Notes under the pieces: model-generated
Told to the model about the DNA's origin: nothing
Seen by the model: only the letters and a program-made list of their open reading frames with translations
Databases searched by the model: none
Translations under genes and position numbers: made by a program
In this document: in pieces, positions 61,046 to 64,000 of the stretch
Numbering within the stretch: the stretch's first letter is position 1
Layout: every line of letters starts with the position of its first letter
From: Lingula anatina
Lineage: Eukaryota > Animalia > Brachiopoda
Length of the DNA: 64,000 nucleotides
Reading direction: 5' to 3'
Assembly: GCA_051362555.1 (NCBI GenBank)
Contig: CM120641.1
Coordinates: 7,936,001 to 8,000,000 of the forward strand

Positions 61046-63574
61046 TTACATTGTTCTAGTTGACTTAGTTTTCCAGTAATCATAAATCCCATTATCAAGG
61101 GCAAATTTTGCTACATCAGCAGCCCCAGCTGGAGTGAAACCAATCAAAGCTCTTCCCACAGTCTCTACTCCAAATATGGCTGCCCTGGCCTTGACCTTCT
61201 TTTCTATGACTTCTGGGGAAACATATTTGTACTGTCCAAACATGCATAGCTCTTGGTCAGGTAACAGTTGATGCCCACCTAATGTTTTGCAATTGTCTTT
61301 TACCTCAGAGAAATTTTTCTCGTCAGACCTGTGTGAACAGATCTCTTTGATCTGGTCACATTCATGACTGAAACTCGCCACATTACATGCAATTTCCACT
61401 CTGCCTTCGTGAAGAAATGCCATTGACTGCACTCCAGGAAGTCCATCCGGGTTGACAGCTCTCAAACTTTGAGCAATCTGTTTTCCTAGTGTAAGGTCCT
61501 GTGTGTCAATTGTCACATTGCAGTTCATAACATAAGGATGAGCACCAATACCTGAAACAAACAAGCAACACGTATGCATACAAACAAATAAATGCACACT
61601 TACTCATATTAACATGATCATAAACTATGATTTTGTCTAAATAAATATACAACAAGAGAACTGCAAATATTTACAAACACAATTTTGTGAGTGTACTAAT
61701 CACATATAATAGTTTTGTTTGGGCAAACCAAACTTTTTTGGGGAACCTGAATTACCTACAAAATCCATGGTACTCAAGTTTGCTTGGAAAATCAAAGTTT
61801 TAAAAACCTGTTAATCCATATCTTGCCCCTGGTTTTGCTCCTACATCCTGTATGCCTGAATTCCCTACCAAAGTCTTATGCCCCGCAAACCACCTGACGT
61901 CTTTTCTTCTTTGAACAAGACCCCTGCATGCTTGGTGTGACCAACCAAATAGGAAAAAAGAAGTGCCAGGGATTTTACTAGACAACTTCTCAGCTAAATC
62001 TTAAAAAAGAAAAAAAAAAGAGTAATAGGTGCCCGTTGATATTTTTTTTAATTTTCTAAATGTTATAATTTTTGAAATTATGTTTCTTGCCAAAAATACA
62101 GATAATAACTTCATGGCTGTGCACTGAATTTATGGTATATTAGATTTAAAACAAGTTGAATGAGCACTCTCAACTTTAAATTGTGACAACAATAGATGTC
62201 AGAAAATTGTAACAATAATTATTGTAGACCTAAAAATAAAGGATTTGAAATAAAACATACATATAATCATAATGTAAAATGAAGGCAAGAAGAAGTACAT
62301 TAATACATTGGCTAGTAGCTCTTTCAAAATTGTTTTGTTTTCACCTTTAGCCTCCTTGCCACACTCTTCCAGTGTGATGTCTGGTGAGAGGGGGTGAATG
62401 GGAACTAAATCAACAGAGCCCAGGCATGGATGAACACCCTCATGCTGTCTCAAGTCTATCAAATCAAATGCCTTTTCACAAGCAGCAAAGACACTCTGAC
62501 CTAAAACAATCAATGTATGAAAAAGGGGAGACATAATTTTGTACTGAATTGGTGTAAAACTGAATATGAGTGTGTCCCGTTGCAAAACATTTATATATAG
62601 TTATATAGATACACGTTACATTCAATTACTACTGTAGCAAAGTGAAATGTTCTACACACTTTACTCATTTTCCCCAGCAGAAAATATCACTATTACAGTC
62701 TTATAATAAAAAGGAATAACTGGGCAAAGACAAAATGCATGTATATATTTATGCATGCATTGTTTTAGGTTGACTTGTGCAATTAATACCTTTTTATTGA
62801 TATATAGAAACCAATAAACAATCTTAGTATTATTTGTTTAGGGTTATTTTATTAATCATTTACAAAACATTTTACACTTTTCAAAACAACTTTACCTATA
62901 TGAGATATAGAAGCAGCAATAGTAATTACTGTTCTATTATAGTCATAGTCTGAGAATACATTAAGGACTGCAGCACAATGCTCTAGAAAATAATAAAAAA
63001 AAAAACACTGCAATTATCACTGTTACAGTAACACATTGTTAGTATATAACAATCATGCGTGTTCTAGTGGCATTTTAATTAACATCTTCTGTCTAATATA
63101 TGTGATAATCAACATAAACAGTATCAAAAAATTTATATAAATAATAGTTATAATGCATGATTTTTTGTGCTAGGTGCAAAATACTAGTATAATGCTTTAA
63201 TTTAATTATCACACATCAAGTAAAAACAGGTACGCCTACCAAATTAATTATCATTGTTCCCTGATTAACAAGAACATGTTTTTTTTTTGTGCTAACAGTT
63301 GATATCAGATACAGCATATACACGTTGTAGCACGAAATCCATGCGTTAACATTTTTGATATGTACAGTACAATGTACAGTATCCAGTACGCTGTGTTAAC
63401 CCACAGATTTTCGTGCTGGGTAATCCTTAGTTATGTATCCTTTGCCTGTACATAGCCCTTACGTTTGCTTGTCTTGTTATTCACTTCTAAAGCTGCATAA
63501 GCTATTTTCTCTATAATATGCACGTTTCGTGCTTCAGATACATTCAGTAAGCATGCACAGAGCTTGCTGGTCAT
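61046..63574 (-). CDS. FTCDNL1: Formiminotransferase N-terminal subdomain-containing protein, 5 exons (ATG 63574, stop 61046)
   Basis: MTSKLCACLLNVSEARN...VLNVFSDYDYNRTVITIA...AFDLIDLRQHEGVHPCLGSVDLVPIHPL...FFLFG...GIGAHPYVMNCNV...VEIACNV. Confidence 0.85.
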
Positions 63575-63874
63575 GTCTTACACCGATCCACACAAATACG
63601 GAAGTGTCGCAGTAGATTTAAGAAATAGTTTTTCATATTTTTTGCTATATCTAAGTAGATCTTGTCACTCAAACGTTGATATTGCTACAATTTGAATTAA
63701 AACTCATGCGACTTGGTCTTTACTCTTATATCTAGGTTTTTTGCTAATGTCGAAAAAAGAACGGTACTTGCAAAAGTACCCATTGAAGATAGGACAACAA
63801 TTGACGGCAATTCTGTCAAATCATTTTTTTACTCGGTCAATTTTACTGCACATGTTTTGGCTGCGAAAAGAGAG

Positions 63875-63953
63875 ATGGAGGGATACCCAGTGAAGGTGTA
63901 TATTTATGATATCTCCAAAGGTCTAGCCAGATCCATGTCTTATGGTTTCTTAG
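63875..63953 (+). CDS. DESI1: First coding exon of desumoylating isopeptidase 1 (PPPDE family); gene continues beyond the window
   Basis: MEGYPVKVYIYDISKGLARSMSYGFLG followed by GTGAGT donor; matches the DeSI-1 N-terminus YPVKLYVYDLSKGLAR. Confidence 0.85.
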
Positions 63954-64000
63954 GTGAGTATAGATTGATTTCCCAGTCCGAGCCGATGGATCGTTTCACT

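Overview
AT-rich, gene-dense, intron-containing genomic DNA from an invertebrate animal (repeat types and protein sequences look spiralian/mollusc-like, but the species cannot be fixed from this window). Ten spliced genes can be reconstructed by hand: the 3' end of alpha-catulin (+), a FLACC1/ALS2CR12-like coiled-coil gene (-), glutathione transferase zeta GSTZ1 (+), a Lefty-like TGF-beta-family gene (-), a small unknown gene (-), NUDT1/MTH1 (-), GPS1/CSN1 (+), DUS1L (+), FTCDNL1-like (-) and the first exon of DESI1 (+). Repeats include a very young 2.5-kb LTR element, three large Helentron-type (HINE-like) elements carrying tandem arrays, and several foldback MITEs. The most striking observation is an intact 3-exon, 228-aa secreted protein that aligns by eye with the Lefty pro-region but stops where the cystine-knot ligand exon should begin; Lefty is generally described as deuterostome-specific. 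Other points of note: mutually exclusive duplicated active-site exons in GSTZ1; an LTR element with TA..TA ends, a 4-bp TSD and a single non-Gag/Pol ORF; a minimal hammerhead ribozyme motif; and a 24-nt alpha-catulin microexon. All homology calls are from recognition of motifs, not from database searches.
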